Position numbers and translations under genes: made by a program. From positions 1-64,000 of the forward strand of contig CAXHJY010001510.1 of NCBI GenBank assembly GCA_964016885.1: DNA of 64,000 bases, read 5' to 3'. This document shows positions 46,808-61,045 of the stretch, one piece after another (the first letter of the stretch is position 1; each line of letters starts with the position of its first letter). The notes under the pieces are model-generated. The model had not been told where the DNA came from, did not search any database, and was given only the letters and a program-made list of their open reading frames with translations. The stretch is from Eledone cirrhosa (lineage: Eukaryota).

Positions 46808-47490
46808 GCACCGAACGCAAGCACATCTTTCTCCCTCTCTAACACTTTCTATCTATCTGTCTCTCTCTCTATATATATATATATATATCACAAACATGCT
46901 TCTACGCACACATGATATAATCAAACATGCACACACACGCACACATTGTAATTGATAGATAGATAAAATGAGAGAGAGAGAGAGTGTGTGTGTGTAAGAG
47001 AGAGAGAGTGTGTGTGTAAGACCGTACTGCCACACCAGCCAGCAAGAGAGATAGTGCGCCAAATGTAAAGTACGGTAGTACTACAACTATCTCCACCACC
47101 ACTACTACTAGTAGTACTATTACTACTACTAGTACTACTACTACTGCACTAACACCGCCACTCCCACTCACCGTTTCTAGACCACTAACATTACCACTAC
47201 TACCATCAGTATCACTACTACTACTACTACTGCTGCTGCTGCTCTAGTGATACTACGATCACCACCACCACTACTACTACTATAACTACGACTACTACCA
47301 CTACAGCTGCTGCTGCTGATAACGCGGCCACCACTACTACGACCACGACTACCACTACTACTACCACTACTACTACTATTGTAACAACCACTATTACAAC
47401 CACCACCACCACTACTATTAGAATTAGAACTGTCAGCGTGCTTAAGTGTTATCAACACAGTGTGTGCCAAGAGAGAGAACGAGTATATAT

Positions 47491-47532
<42 letters not shown>

Positions 47533-47645
47533 AAATATATATATTTTATATATTACCGTGGATATTTTCTTAAAGAAGAAATACCAGGAACAACAACAAA
47601 AAAGAAACGGAACGAAAAATTTAACACAAACATATATATATATAT

Positions 47646-47704
<59 letters not shown>

Positions 47705-48663
47705 TTGCTACCTTTTTACTTTGGTGCCCAGAATTTTTGATTATACATACATATATATATATATATATATAAAGCGGTTTTTTGTTTTGTGTGGTGCTTT
47801 TCTCATTGGGGGGTCCCAGCGCTAAGGATTATTTACCCGCGCATATACATACATACATATACATATGTATATACTCGCCCGATCATACGTATATAATTGT
47901 ATATACACAATCGTGATTATGTAATTTTTAACAACAAACGCAAAGGAAAGGAATATACATACGTACCCGCGCGCACATGTACACATAAGACTAAAAATAT
48001 ACATAATACATAATATATATTTATACATACACACATATATATATATATATTTACAAGTATATATACATATATATTTATGTGTGTGTGTGTCTGTTATATA
48101 TGAAATCTATTGACATGATGTGTGTGTGTGGAGTTTTAACGGAGATTTTTCGATATGCCACTTGACTAACAAACATTGGAACACATGTATGTTTACAAGA
48201 CGTATCCGGTATATATATAAATATATATACATATATACACACATATATATATTAACGTGTGTGTATATGTGTATGTAATGTATGTGTGTGTATAATTAAT
48301 ATACATACACTTTAATATGCTTGTACCAAGCAATGAAGGAGAAAAAATTGCATGAAAAATACTTCATCTTTGCTTAAGTTAATACTGAAGATGGATCCGT
48401 CTATTTGACACAGAAACGGTGGTATTTCAGAATTTTATTCCGTCGATCTATCATTATAAGCTACCTACCTCTATTATACACATAAATATATGTATACATA
48501 CACATATAAATATACACACACATATGATACAAATATATACTTATATAAACACAACACACGCACAGTACACATCTATCTATAAATACACATACACACATAT
48601 ATAATTATATATATACACACACATACATATACAAATAAATATTTATATATAAACACAACACGC

Positions 48664-48717
<54 letters not shown>

Positions 48718-48862
48718 TACATATAACGATGGATATGCGTGTATATATTGTATATATTTATGAAGACTTTAAAAACGAATTGCTGAAATTTGGTTGAAAA
48801 TTAAAAATTTCTCTCGAACACGAGTGGATCGTATGGATATTTATATTTAATTCTATTTCCTG

Positions 48863-48921
<59 letters not shown>

Positions 48922-48929
48922 AATATATT

Positions 48930-48965
<36 letters not shown>

Positions 48966-48991
48966 CAAAGGTCCGACGAGAAAAAATATAT

Positions 48992-49036
<45 letters not shown>

Positions 49037-49374
49037 AAACAAGGAGGAAGGATGGCCTGGAACTCTTACCATTTCACTAACAACAATAAATATACTCATC
49101 TGTGTAAGTTACTTAAATATAATTTTATAATTCTTGACGAAATGAAACGGAAAATAAGATTGTGAAAAAAAATATATATATATATATATATTTTTTAAAA
49201 ATCACAGTAAAAAGCAAAAACAAAAATTATATAACACACATTTCGTAACAGGCCACAGTTATTGCTGCATACTATTATAAACATAGCAGATATATACATA
49301 TTACATATACACCTTGTTATCCTAAACACACACACGCACTTATATATATATAAACACACCACATATAACATTGT

Positions 49375-49424
<50 letters not shown>

Positions 49425-49532
49425 CACATATAACATATACATATACGCTATCCTAAACACACACACACACACGCATATATATATATATAAACACCACATA
49501 TAACATTGTACACATACACATCACAGCACTAA

Positions 49533-49563
<31 letters not shown>

Positions 49564-49862
49564 CACACACCACACATATATATATACACATACACACTAC
49601 ATATAGCATTGTATACATATACACCTTACAACAATAAACACACACGCACCGTACTATTATAAACATACCATAACACTACAGTACACACACACGCACCATA
49701 CTATTATAAACATACCATAACACTATAGTACACACACACGCACCATACTATCCCAAAACACTACAACATTATATACATCATACTCTCCTAAACACACCAT
49801 ACTATTTTGTATACATCACACAACACTATATATATATACCATATAGCAATAAATACATTAGG

Positions 49863-49902
<40 letters not shown>

Positions 49903-49959
49903 TCGATGATTTCTAAAGAATGAAACAGTTCTAGTCCTGTAGAATCTCATCTATATTAA

Positions 49960-50006
<47 letters not shown>

Positions 50007-50247
50007 AACATCACATAACTAGAACCAGTCTACGTTAATCACATTTATATATACACAGCTCAGAAAGAAATATTACACCACGTTGTATACACGCGTCACA
50101 CTATAATATACACATCAACGGAATCGTACCATACCCATACATTATATACGCACTTAGTATGGTTCGTGTGTGTATATATGTACTACATCACACTCTACAT
50201 TAGTATAAACACATACAATAACAGTACACACACACACGCACACATAT

Positions 50248-50282
<35 letters not shown>

Positions 50283-50425
50283 CACTTACATCAACAAAAT
50301 TACGTGTACCACACCACCACGTCCCACAATGTTATCAACACAATTAATATTAACTAACAAGCACTTGCTAAACACCCTAACCTTAACCAAACAAAACAAC
50401 ACATATACATAGAATAAAAGCCTGT

Positions 50426-50510
<85 letters not shown>

Positions 50511-50902
50511 GACACACACATATATATATATATGTCTATATATACATATATACATCTAAACACGCCAGATATATGTGTGTTCTTTTTAAAAATATAAATA
50601 CATGCTTTGAAAGCAAGAAACGTATATATAAATATATATATGTATATATAAAATATATATTATTGAAATAAAGACGAATTAAAAGGAGGAATGGAATAAA
50701 ATTTGAACGAAATTGGATCTACATTTATCAAAGGTTGTTAAAGAATCATTTTTGTGAAAGGAGTAAAAAAAAAAAAAAAAGAGAGAATTTTGTTTTTAAA
50801 TTTCTGCAACAATAATAATAAAAATAATTTTTAATCATCATCATCGTCATCAACATCAACATCGTTATAATTATATAAAAATTGATAATTAAAACATTCA
50901 CT

Positions 50903-51301
50903 ATGGATATAGAATCGAAACTGGCTTCTCCGGATGACGTGGACCCAAGTTTTAAACCACAGATGCGTGTTCGTTCCAACACTTGGCCCCTACGACCTCA
51001 GGAAGTTAGCTCCGGCGACGGACCCGATCCACAGAACAGTCCGTTGCACGAGGAAGCTGTATGTCCGGTCGCTATAGGCGACAGTGGCACCCCAGGTAAA
51101 GATGCCTTGTCTGTCAACAACAAAAAGTCGTCATCTAGAAGGAATGCGTGGGGCAACCTGTCGTACGCTGATCTTATAACCAAAGCCATACAAAGTTCCC
51201 CGGAGCAACGACTAACCTTGTCGCAAATTTATGAATGGATGGTTCAAAACGTGCCCTATTTTAAGGATAAAGGAGACAGCACGAGCTCTGCAGGATGGAA
51301 G
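50903..51301 (+). CDS. FoxO: Forkhead box O transcription factor, first coding exon (133 codons; gene continues beyond the intron starting at 51302)
   Basis: MDIESK...[14 protein letters not shown] contains the FoxO N-terminal Akt/14-3-3 motif RxRSxTWP. It is followed by [57 protein letters not shown], the N-terminal half of the FoxO forkhead domain. The frame meets AAG|GTTAGT, a phase-0 donor at the conserved FoxO intron before NSIRHNLS. No second exon was recognised in the remaining 12.7 kb. Confidence 0.97.
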
Positions 51302-52053
51302 GTTAGTATCTCAAAACTCCTTTTTAAAATTAAAAAAAAAAAAATTATGTCTTTTTTTTCAATTTAATTTAATATATTTATTTACATGTGAAACACAACA
51401 CACAACCTCATTCCACATTTCTTTTTGTATTTATATATTTACATGAACATTTCGTATTTATAATTCAATATACAACACCAGTCATATATGCGTTGGCTTG
51501 TGTCAGACGCTGTGACCCCGGGTGGGCCAGCAGTACCGTTGGTAGGGGTCGAAACTGCCAAAGTCCACCCCAACGGCCGATGACCCCGGAGTTCTCTGTC
51601 CTTCGTTTTTATTTTTAAAAGATAATTTTTTAAGGTTTCTCCCTTAAAAAAAATTTGTTTTTCGTTCGTTGTCTTGTCCTCTCTATTATTTTTCTTAAAT
51701 AAATAAATATATATATATACACACCATAATAGTAGTGATCGACTAGTATATATATATATATTTATTCATATACACACAACACTCACACGTGTGTGTGCGT
51801 ATGTATACATATATACACTCTGTATATATATATATACATTCATTTCTATTTGTAGTAATTTTGGGGTTTCGATTTTGCTCCGCCCCATCTGATAACTCGT
51901 GTGTGCCCACATGTGTATGTATACATCGAGTTACGCTTGAGGGTGGAGCGAGGCAACGTGTAAGAAAGTTACGGCATTTTTGTATTCATTATTTAAAGAA
52001 TTCCTGTATGTAGTATCTTGTGTTGTATTATTAACGAAACATATCCAACATTT

Positions 52054-52089
<36 letters not shown>

Positions 52090-52659
52090 TTAATATAGAA
52101 ATGGCTTCTACAGAACTAGAACTGTTTCATTCGGGATATATATATATAATTTCGTTTTTAAATATAAAAACTGGAAGGAAATAGGTGTACAAGTTAAAAC
52201 AGCTCAAAATACACTAATTTATTATAATAAACAGTACATAAGGCTGCGTAGCATACTTCCTTTAAATTTTTTCAAACAAGCATGTGTATAAAATCCTATT
52301 GTGTTGAAAATAATTACGCGTGAAGCAAATTATTCATTAAAGTATTAGCAAATGGTACATGTTTAGCTTATATTTCGTCTGAAGGTTTAATAATAGTAAT
52401 AATAATAATGATATTAAACATACCAGTAATATGCCAAGGGTTCTATCCTGTCTGATCCAATCAATTTTACACGCCTCCTAAATTATTTGACCGTGTCATA
52501 TTGTTAGAAGAAAAACGAAAGAGAAAAAAAACTTATTTTCCGTTTTAATCATTTACGTAAACGACCCTTCCCCTTTTTTACTGTTTCTCTATATTTCTAT
52601 CGTTCTACATGGTTCCGGCCACAGTGGCCCTTAAGGAAATAAAAAAAAGGGGGGGGGGA

Positions 52660-53897
52660 CTGGGCTGTAGCTTGACAGAATCGGTAGATCGCCCGACAAA
52701 TTGTTATTGCGTGATCGATAAAAATAACGTTATCAGTCAAGTACTGTGGGTCGATATATTAAATTGATTTAGTCTCTCCTCACCACTCACCCGTATTGAT
52801 AGCTGTGTGTCATTGTTAGAGAGAAATTGTTATAGTAAAGGACTGTAAGATTTGCAAAATCGGTAGAGCGTCCGACAAAATACCATTGCAGTAGTTAGTT
52901 CTTTACGTTTTGAGTTCAAATCCCACCGAGGTCAGGTCGATAGAATAAAGTACCAGGGTCAATTTAATCGACTTTCTCCCCCCCCCCCCCATCCTTCCCT
53001 TCAAAGTATCGGTCTTGGGCCAAAGTAGAAACAACTATAAGATTTGCAGAATCGGTAGAGTGTCGTGTCGTAGAGAAATGCCATTGCGGTATCTAGGTAG
53101 AGTTCTTTACGTGTTGAGTTCAAATCCCATTGAGGTCAAACTTCACCTTTCACCATTTCAGAACCAATAAAATAAAGTACCAGTCGACTACTGGGATCTT
53201 TATAATCGATTTGGTCCCTTATACCCCCCAGAGCCAATAGAATAAAGTACCAGTCGACTACTGGGATCTTTATAATCGATTCGGTCCCTTATACCCCCCA
53301 GAGCCAATAGAATAAAGTACCAGTCGACTACTGGGATCGTTATAATCGATTCGGTCCCTTATACCCCCCAGAGCCAATAGAATAAAGTACCAGTCGACTA
53401 CTGGGATCGTTATAATCGATTCGGTCCCTTATACCCCCCAGAGCCAATAGAATAAAGTACCAGTCGAATACTGGGGTCAGTATAATCAATTTGTCCCTTA
53501 GACCCCTCCTCCGACTCCATCCGCCACTTTCACTCACAAATTGTTGGCCTCGTGCCAAAATCTGGAACTGTTATTATAATTGCAAAGGGCGGTGGGTTGG
53601 CAGCATTAGTAGAGGGTCGGACGCCATGCCTAGAAGCACAGAGTTACGTCTCTTTACGGTCTGAGTTAAAATCCCGCCGAGGTTAACTTTGCCTTTCATC
53701 CTTACGGGGGGGGGGGGGGGGGGTCGATAAAATAAAGTACCAGTAATGTACTGGAGCATAGAGTTACGTCCCTTTACGGTCTGAGTTAAAATCCTGCCGA
53801 GGTTAACTTTGCCTTTCATCCTTACGGGGTCGATAAAATAAAGTACCAGTAATGTACTGGGTTAATCGCTGGCCTTGTGCCAAAAGTAGAAACAATT
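52660..53897 (+). mobile_element. SINE cluster in FoxO intron 1 (five or more copies or partial copies)
   Basis: Repeated AATCGGTAGAG heads and GATAAAATAAAGTACCAG domains. Confidence 0.8.
53164..53490. repeat. 70-bp tandem repeat, about 4.7 copies, derived from the SINE central/3' domain
   Basis: CCAATAGAATAAAGTACCAGTCGAC recurs every 70 bp. Confidence 0.92.
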
Positions 53898-54179
53898 ATT
53901 ATAATAACAAAGTGATGGTGATGTCGTGGCTTAGGATGTCAAATGTGCCACTAATATGTCGTTCTAATATTTTACGTTCGATTCCTGGTGGGTCGATTTA
54001 TTTATTTTCCTTTTATTGTTTTTTTGTTGTTGTTATTTGTTCAGTTCTTTCTCATCGTTTTTTATTTTTAGTCCTCTGCTATTTATATATGTGAATTAAG
54101 GCCCTTCTTGCTATATCAAGCGTTAACCTAATATATCCCTTCCATATACTGTACCGATTGTGTTGTTATTTCTGTTTAC

Positions 54180-54213
<34 letters not shown>

Positions 54214-54214
<1 letters not shown>

Positions 54215-54312
54215 AGAGTGTCCCCAAAAATTTATACACACAGGCTGTGCATTCTAATAAATATTGCCTGTACAGGATATCAAAGTGTGTATACGTTTTT
54301 TGGGACACCCTA
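54214..54312. mobile_element. About 100-bp Tc1/mariner-type MITE
   Basis: TIRs CAGAGTGTCCCCAAAAATTTATACACAC and GTGTGTATACGTTTTTTGGGACACCCT within (TA)n. Confidence 0.6.
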
Positions 54313-54343
<31 letters not shown>

Positions 54344-54392
54344 GTAATAATAATAAATTTGAAGACTAAAATCCAAAGAGGGCTCGATATGG

Positions 54393-54436
<44 letters not shown>

Positions 54437-54491
54437 GAAAATGAACGAACAAAACACAGGAGGCAATTGTACACAGTTATATTAGGTCCAC

Positions 54492-54523
<32 letters not shown>

Positions 54524-54572
54524 GGGAGTGTAACTGTAGGTATACAAGCATACACATACCTGTCTCACTCTG

Positions 54573-54616
<44 letters not shown>

Positions 54617-56038
54617 TGTGACTAAAAAATTATATATATGTGTGTATATATATATTTATTTTTATGCTATGACTGTTTTAGTTCTTCAGATGAATTCATA
54701 TTGTGTGAAAATTATATTAAATTATAATTAAAAAATATAAGTTAAGGCATTCTTAAAATTCTTCTAGCACATGTCCCTACAAAGATAAGGAGAAAAATTA
54801 TAGGAGAGGAATAAAAATGGTAAAATAAAAAACTCGCTCAAGCTCCATTATATATATATATATATATATTTATGTGTGTGTGTGTGTGTGTATATTATAA
54901 CCTGAGTATTGACATGAGGAATTTGGTATTAAACATTAATCCTACTCAATCATATATATTATAAGAATTCTCTGCCCTACAATCGTGAGGTTGTGAGTTC
55001 GATTTTTTTGGTGACACCCTGTGACATTGGTCTGTGTCTAGGAAAAAGACAGGATGATCATGATTGGATTGTATTTAATTATGCGTCTACTTAATCATGA
55101 CTGACTTATCTGAGAAAAAAAAACTAACAACAGCGCCTTATTAAAAATTTAGGCTTGTTAAAGAAATAACCCTTAAACTACACCCCGACCATCTTTAAAA
55201 AACAGCATTGGACATATTGGTTAATTTAGAAAAAGAAAATCGACAGGATAGTCATGGAAAGAATGCCTTTGATCATAGGTCGGTGTGAATACTCGTAGCT
55301 GACCTGGGGTTAAATAACAACAACGAAGACGGTGACTTGAAAAATATGTTGCACATAAAAACAAGGTGTATTTCGTAACACGTGGTGGAACTTATATTTA
55401 AAAGAATGTGTATATCTTTGTGTTGTTATTGTTATGGTTGTTTACTTGTGTGCCTAACCTTATCTAGCTAACCCTTGGACCAACGACATTCCAGCCATAG
55501 CCATCCCGTCTTCTTAAAAGCTACCTATAACTGCTACGTTATCTAATGTGTCCTTCCTGTTCATTTGTATTTTGGGTTGTTTATTTTTTTGTTTTTTAAA
55601 GATGATATTGTGATGTTAGGGAAGCTTTGGCTGTTATCTCGAGCAGGTCACGTCTCCTTGTAGAGGATCCCTTGAACCCCTTTATTATCCTTTATTAGTT
55701 AACACGGGATGGTCACGACCGGATTACCTATAGAGGTCTTGCTCGATCAGAGCTCACCTGGACGTTGACACTAACAACAAACAGCAACAAACTTAACTGT
55801 TGTTGTTTATTTAGCCCTAGGTCAGACACCTTAATGGGACGTTCCAACTGTGACCATCTCGCTGTGTAGGTCTGATTTGCCTTGCATTACGTTATCCAAT
55901 TTTTCTGTTTCTTTTTAATATAATAGTGTGTGATATGAAGGGGATTTTGCTAATATTTCTAGCATGTCAAATGACCATGTAACGATTTTTCCTCGTGGCT
56001 ATGTTTTGTTTTGATCTGCTGATATGTGTGTATGTATG

Positions 56039-56109
<71 letters not shown>

Positions 56110-56701
56110 TCCCCTCACTAAAGGTTTTCTACCTAAATCCTTGCAGTAATTCAACCCTCACCTCTTTTTCTTTCCTTCTCCCGGTTCTACAACTCGGACA
56201 TTTCAAATCCAAGCACAGCTGCACACGGACGGAGCATTCACCTCTTCCACAGTGCTCCCACTGCTTACGACCGGTTGCTGACTCACTCCTCTCGCTAGTT
56301 TCGTGTAGGAGTGATGGTGGGGCTCATTTGACACTTCAACCGCTTCTTGTGGGTAGTTCGTGTGGCCTAGTTGTTACGGCGCTGAATTGGACTCACGATC
56401 ACAAGGTTGTGTGTTCGATTTCTGAACCGCGCAGTGGGTTGTGTTCTTGAGTAAGTTACTTTATTTCACATTGGTTTTTTATGGTAGGATTGAAGTGGGG
56501 CCCTCTTCCCCCCATCCAGAAGATTCCTATGAGATAGATTACAAACAGTGTCTAGGTTAGGGTCACCCTCCCACGGGGCTTCATTTTAAAATCATTTTTA
56601 TTTTATCATGAGTTTTTATTTTTTAACACCAAAACATCCTAAAGATATTTTTTCCAATTCCACCCCGCTCGTCCCTTCAATCTATTTTTTTTCTCATTCT
56701 T

Positions 56702-56737
56702 TCTTCTGATGAAGGACTAGCGTCCGAAACGTTAAGA
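56702..56737 (+). ncRNA. Minimal type I hammerhead (family D)
   Basis: UCUU CUGAUGA A GGAC UAGC GUCC GAAACGUU AAGA, with a palindromic ACGU mini-stem III. A degenerate relative lies at about 39031-39065, and the tail alone at 54105-54184. Confidence 0.78.
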
Positions 56738-56846
56738 CCCTCTTCCTGCTATTGCAAGCGTTAACCTAATATATCCCTTCCATATACTGTACCGATTGTG
56801 TTGTTATTTCTGTTTACCTTTTACACAGACACACACACATATATAT

Positions 56847-56926
<80 letters not shown>

Positions 56927-57307
56927 CGAAGGAAGTGTGGTAAGGAACCAGGTGGACCATAACGCATCAGAGTACTCAATACTTAGGGTAGTAGAGTGGG
57001 TAATAGGGAAATGTTCAAGACCACGGCGGCAGAGCTCGAGCCGTTTCGACTGAAGTATGTAAACATTTTGGGGGGACACCTTGTGTGTGTGTATATATAT
57101 ATGTCTGTGTATATATATTTTATTCTTTATCATTAACATTAATATAAAACAAATGATAATTATATCTTTTTAGAGAAGGGCCTCAGATTTCATAGAGTTT
57201 AGGGCCTTAGCAAGTGAAAGTCCTGCCCTGGTGTGGACTGTAATACAACACAACAACGACACATGAACACGCAGTAAAGATGGTGTACCGATACAATCAG
57301 CTCACCC

Positions 57308-57502
57308 CAGACCTGTCAACTCCCCCCGTCCGACGAGGAGATCTCCTACCCACTTTGGAGTGGGTGAGAGATGTCTGCTCTTGTCAAAATGGGTATAGCT
57401 TTCATTATGTAAAATCTCCCCATTTTGCCTGATTTCTCCCCGTTTTGGGGCACTTTTTTTCATGGTACTCCTCGTTTGGGTTTTTAGAGGTTGGCAAGTC
57501 TG
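57308..57502. mobile_element. 195-bp MITE, superfamily uncertain
   Basis: TIRs CAGACCTGTCAAC and GTTGGCAAGTCTG, with CACCC directly on both flanks (possible 5-bp TSD). Confidence 0.55.
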
Positions 57503-57673
57503 CACCCCTACCTGCTCGTTTCTGGTCCAAATCTTTATATACTGATACCCTCAACCTTGATGTTAATTGTTGTCGTTTAGTACCAGGTCAGGGCAATGCC
57601 GGGCCTTCCAGCCGTGAAAATCTCATCTTTTATTCTCAGTCAAGGCATACATATCGTGTTTAACATAGAAATA

Positions 57674-57723
57674 GCTTTTACGGGACTAGAACTGTTTCAT
57701 TCAAAAGAAATCATCAGGAAAGC
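57674..57723 (-). ncRNA. Family A hammerhead, probably decayed
   Basis: GCUUUC CUGAUGA UUUC UUUU GAAU GAAACAG..CCGUA AAAGC, with mismatches in stems I and III. Confidence 0.45.
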
Positions 57724-57750
57724 CCTTACTTACTGTGGTTACCCCCGAAG

Positions 57751-57835
57751 GGTCTGACGAGCCGTGGATTACAGAGTCGGGCTAGATCGATACAGATCGA
57801 ACCTTGAGCTGATCAGTGGCGAAACGCGCGTCACC
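57751..57835 (+). ncRNA. Type I hammerhead with a long stem II insertion
   Basis: GGU CUGACGA GCC [54 nt] GGC GAAAC GCGC GUC ACC, followed by AAUAAA at about 57840. Confidence 0.75.
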
Positions 57836-58673
57836 AACCAATAAACGTAATGAAGGAGTAACCAATCGTCCTTGTTTTATTTTACTATATATATATATGA
57901 CTACACAATTCAAAGTGTTCTTCGTTTAAAAAAAAAAGATTTGATTGAAACTTAGCTTCTATTTCTAGTGAATCAAATTTTCACTGGGAGGTTCGCTCTT
58001 TGATTCTCGAATCCAATGTGTGACTTTCATTTTTAATAGGTTATAGTGTGAATTGATTAGAATTTAGTGTCTATTTCTTGCAGGTCGAAGGTCCAATTTG
58101 CTCTTTGAATCTCAAATTCAATGAGGTCCTTCCTTTTCAAGTAGATATATATTGTGTAATTTGAGTAGAATGTAGTATCTATTTCTAGCAGGTCGAATGT
58201 CCACTTAGAGGCTTGCTCGTTGAATGTCGTTTAATTATTCAAGTATTTTCTATTACGTGCCCACGCATACAGTGCTGGTCACTTTGGTAACAAAACTCCG
58301 TTTTAACTCGAAGGATGGTATGTTATGTTACGTTTCGCCGCTGTTCCGTGTTTTCTACACAACCCCAAACGTTCTCAATATTTTTCTTGTTTATATACTT
58401 AAAAACCATTATTGTCCAAGTCCCAAATCCCAATATATTTCTTTCATCCGTCGTAATCGCCTCTCAAGTAATATATATACGTCTAATGTACGGCTATTTA
58501 GGTTAATTAAAAAACTAAAACAAAACAACACAAACGAAACGAAGCCAAACACAAAATAAACTGCTTTCTGCGTGTTTTCTTACATATAAACACGCACACA
58601 CGCATATATATATACACACACACACATATATATACACACACACACATATATATATACACACACTCACATACAT

Positions 58674-58704
<31 letters not shown>

Positions 58705-58705
58705 C

Positions 58706-59086
58706 ACAGTAGTCCTCCGGTATTCGCGGGGGGTTACGTTCCTAGAGCACTCGCGAACAGTGAAAAACCGCGAACATCGGACGTGGTCCATAAAAATGCA
58801 TATAAACGTCAAAATATAATGTAAAATATAATAATAAAAAAAAAGAGGGACCGTCTTATGCGAAGGGGCGTCCAATATGCCGGCAAGTACGGAATATTGT
58901 TATTAATAATTTAGCGTTAAAAATATATATTGCCACGTAAAAAGCCATAATAATAATCGCGGAAGATATTTACGATTCCGCGAATAAGCAGTGTTTTCCA
59001 CGAACACCGCTTATTCGCGTTATTTAGTTAGGTGTCTAAGGAAAGTTCCGCGAATAACCGGACTGCGAATGCTGGGGGGTACACTG
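58706..59086. mobile_element. Tc1/mariner (pogo/Tigger-like) MITE
   Basis: Imperfect TIRs CAGTAGTCCTCCGGTATTCGC and GCGAATGCTGGGGGGTACACTG in a TA/CA context, with an internal hairpin at about 58979-59019. Confidence 0.7.
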
Positions 59087-59444
59087 TATACATATATATA
59101 TGTGTACACACACTCACTCATAGGCGCAAGTGTCATCTGCTACAAAGTCTTAGATTCACCGATGCCATGAGTGTATGTGTGGAATTTGGTAGTGGGGGAA
59201 ACTGCAGAAGCCCGCCCAGTGTATGTCCGTGCCCGTGTTAACGTTTGGGTGTGCCTGTCCTTGTGTCTCATAACTTAGCGGTTCGACAAACAAAGACTAA
59301 AGTATCGAACTTGAGAAATATATACTGGGGGAGGGGGGGGGGGGTTCGATATGATCGACTGAGCCAAGGTAGTGCTCCAGCATGGCCTCGCAGTCTGCTG
59401 ACTGAAAAAAGGAAATGAATCTGTGTGCATATATATATTTATGG

Positions 59445-59782
59445 AGACACATGGCTTAGTGGTTAGAGCATTGGCCTGGCAATCGAAAGGTTGTGAGTTC
59501 AATTCTCAGACCGGGTGATGTGTTGTTTCCTTGAGCAAGACACTTTATTTCACATTGCTCCAGTTTACTCAGCTGTAGAAATGAGATGATAGGGACTGGG
59601 GTACATATCATTCCACTGTAAAGTGGTCGTGGAGCTGCCACGGCAAAAAAGCACCCAGCACTCACTGTAAATGAGGTTGGTGTTAGGAAGGGCATCCAGC
59701 TGTAGAAATCAAGCCAGAATCAGTTCCCGTCCCACCCTTGCAAACAGGGAAAAGCGGACTTAAAACGAAATGATGATGATGT
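59445..59782 (+). mobile_element. Second tRNA-derived SINE family (CORE-like); other copies at about 28397-28520, 41650-41965 and 56360-56472
   Basis: TGGCTTAGTGGTTAGAG..GAGTTCAATTC..CCTTGAGCAAGACACTTTATTTCAC, then GGAAGGGCATCCAGC and a (GAT)n tail. Confidence 0.7.
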
Positions 59783-60169
59783 ACTCTACAAAATTATAGA
59801 AGTCATGTCTAAGAAATATATATAGCTGATCTCTCGGACTTTTACGAAGCGCTGAGGGGATAAATTTAATATAGATTGTGGTGTGTTCATGCGCGGAGAT
59901 GTTATGAAATAGGGTGATGCAAAGTGGTCGTGAAGTTCACCCAGTTCACTCAGCTGTAGAAATGAGTTTACCCAGCTATGGGCCAAATAGCCTCACCAAC
60001 TCACAATTGGCCAAGCATGGTGGGTACGGCCTACACCCCTGACATGACCAAAACCAACACAGAAAATGGTGGATGTCAATGAGGGAGGGGTTCCTCCGGT
60101 AGGAGTGAAAAGGCCCTGGATTGAATGTATTCAAAATTATTTTTTAAAAAGTCAAGGATATGATTCCTA

Positions 60170-60390
60170 GTATAAGCATAAGGCCAGCAATTTTTTCTTC
60201 TTTTTTTTGGGGGGGGGGGGGTCGATTAAATCGACCCCAGTGCATTACTGGTACTTGATTTTATCGACCTCGTAAGGATGAAAGACAAAGTTAACTTAGG
60301 CGGGATTTGAACTCAGACCGTAAAGGGCCTTAACTCTATGCTGCAAAGCATGGTGTCCGACTCTCTACCTATACTGCCAAACCACCGCCA
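60170..60390 (-). mobile_element. tRNA-derived SINE (same family); partial copy at 60755-60855
   Basis: Reverse complement of the family consensus. Confidence 0.8.
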
Positions 60391-60945
60391 GGATATTAGA
60401 TTATTTTTTTATTCTCTCAATTCTACACACATTTCAATATGACTAAAATATCACATTTATTTGTAGAACAACTGGAAATGATCAATTACTAATTATGTAC
60501 AGGGTGGTCCGAAAGTCTTGTCACCCCCGACCAAAAAGTAATGAGAAACAGTTTATGCTCCGATCGCAGTATCGTCCTCTTCGGAGGAGCTGGTTTGCCG
60601 AATCTTGCAGTGAAGTAATGTCACACATCCTCCATCCTATTACTAGAATGCACACGATCATGTGTCCATACACTTGCAAGCCGCCTCTCTTCCAAAATGT
60701 AGGAGCTATGAAATAGAAAATTATATTATTATTATTATTATATATTATAATTAATTGTTTCTACTTTTGGCACCAGGCCAGCAATTACTCCAGTGCATTA
60801 CTGGTACTTTATTTTATCGACTCCGTAAGGATGAAAGGCAAAGTTAACCTCGGCAATGATATTATATTATATTATTAAAACAAAAAATAATGAAAGTTAA
60901 AACAATACGTGACAGGGGTCAGGCGTCGGAGTCCTGACTCTTCTA

Positions 60946-61045
<100 letters not shown>

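Noticed and set aside
48381-48428. Possible hammerhead CUGAAGA...GAAACGGUGGUA
   Set aside because: Stem I and the cleavage triplet cannot both be satisfied; at best a decayed copy.
50372-50390. Telomere-like CCCTAACCTTAACC
   Set aside because: Only about two imperfect units; expected by chance.
51302-51367. ORF-track extension of FoxO (VSISKLLFK...)
   Set aside because: Read-through into the intron past the conserved GT donor.
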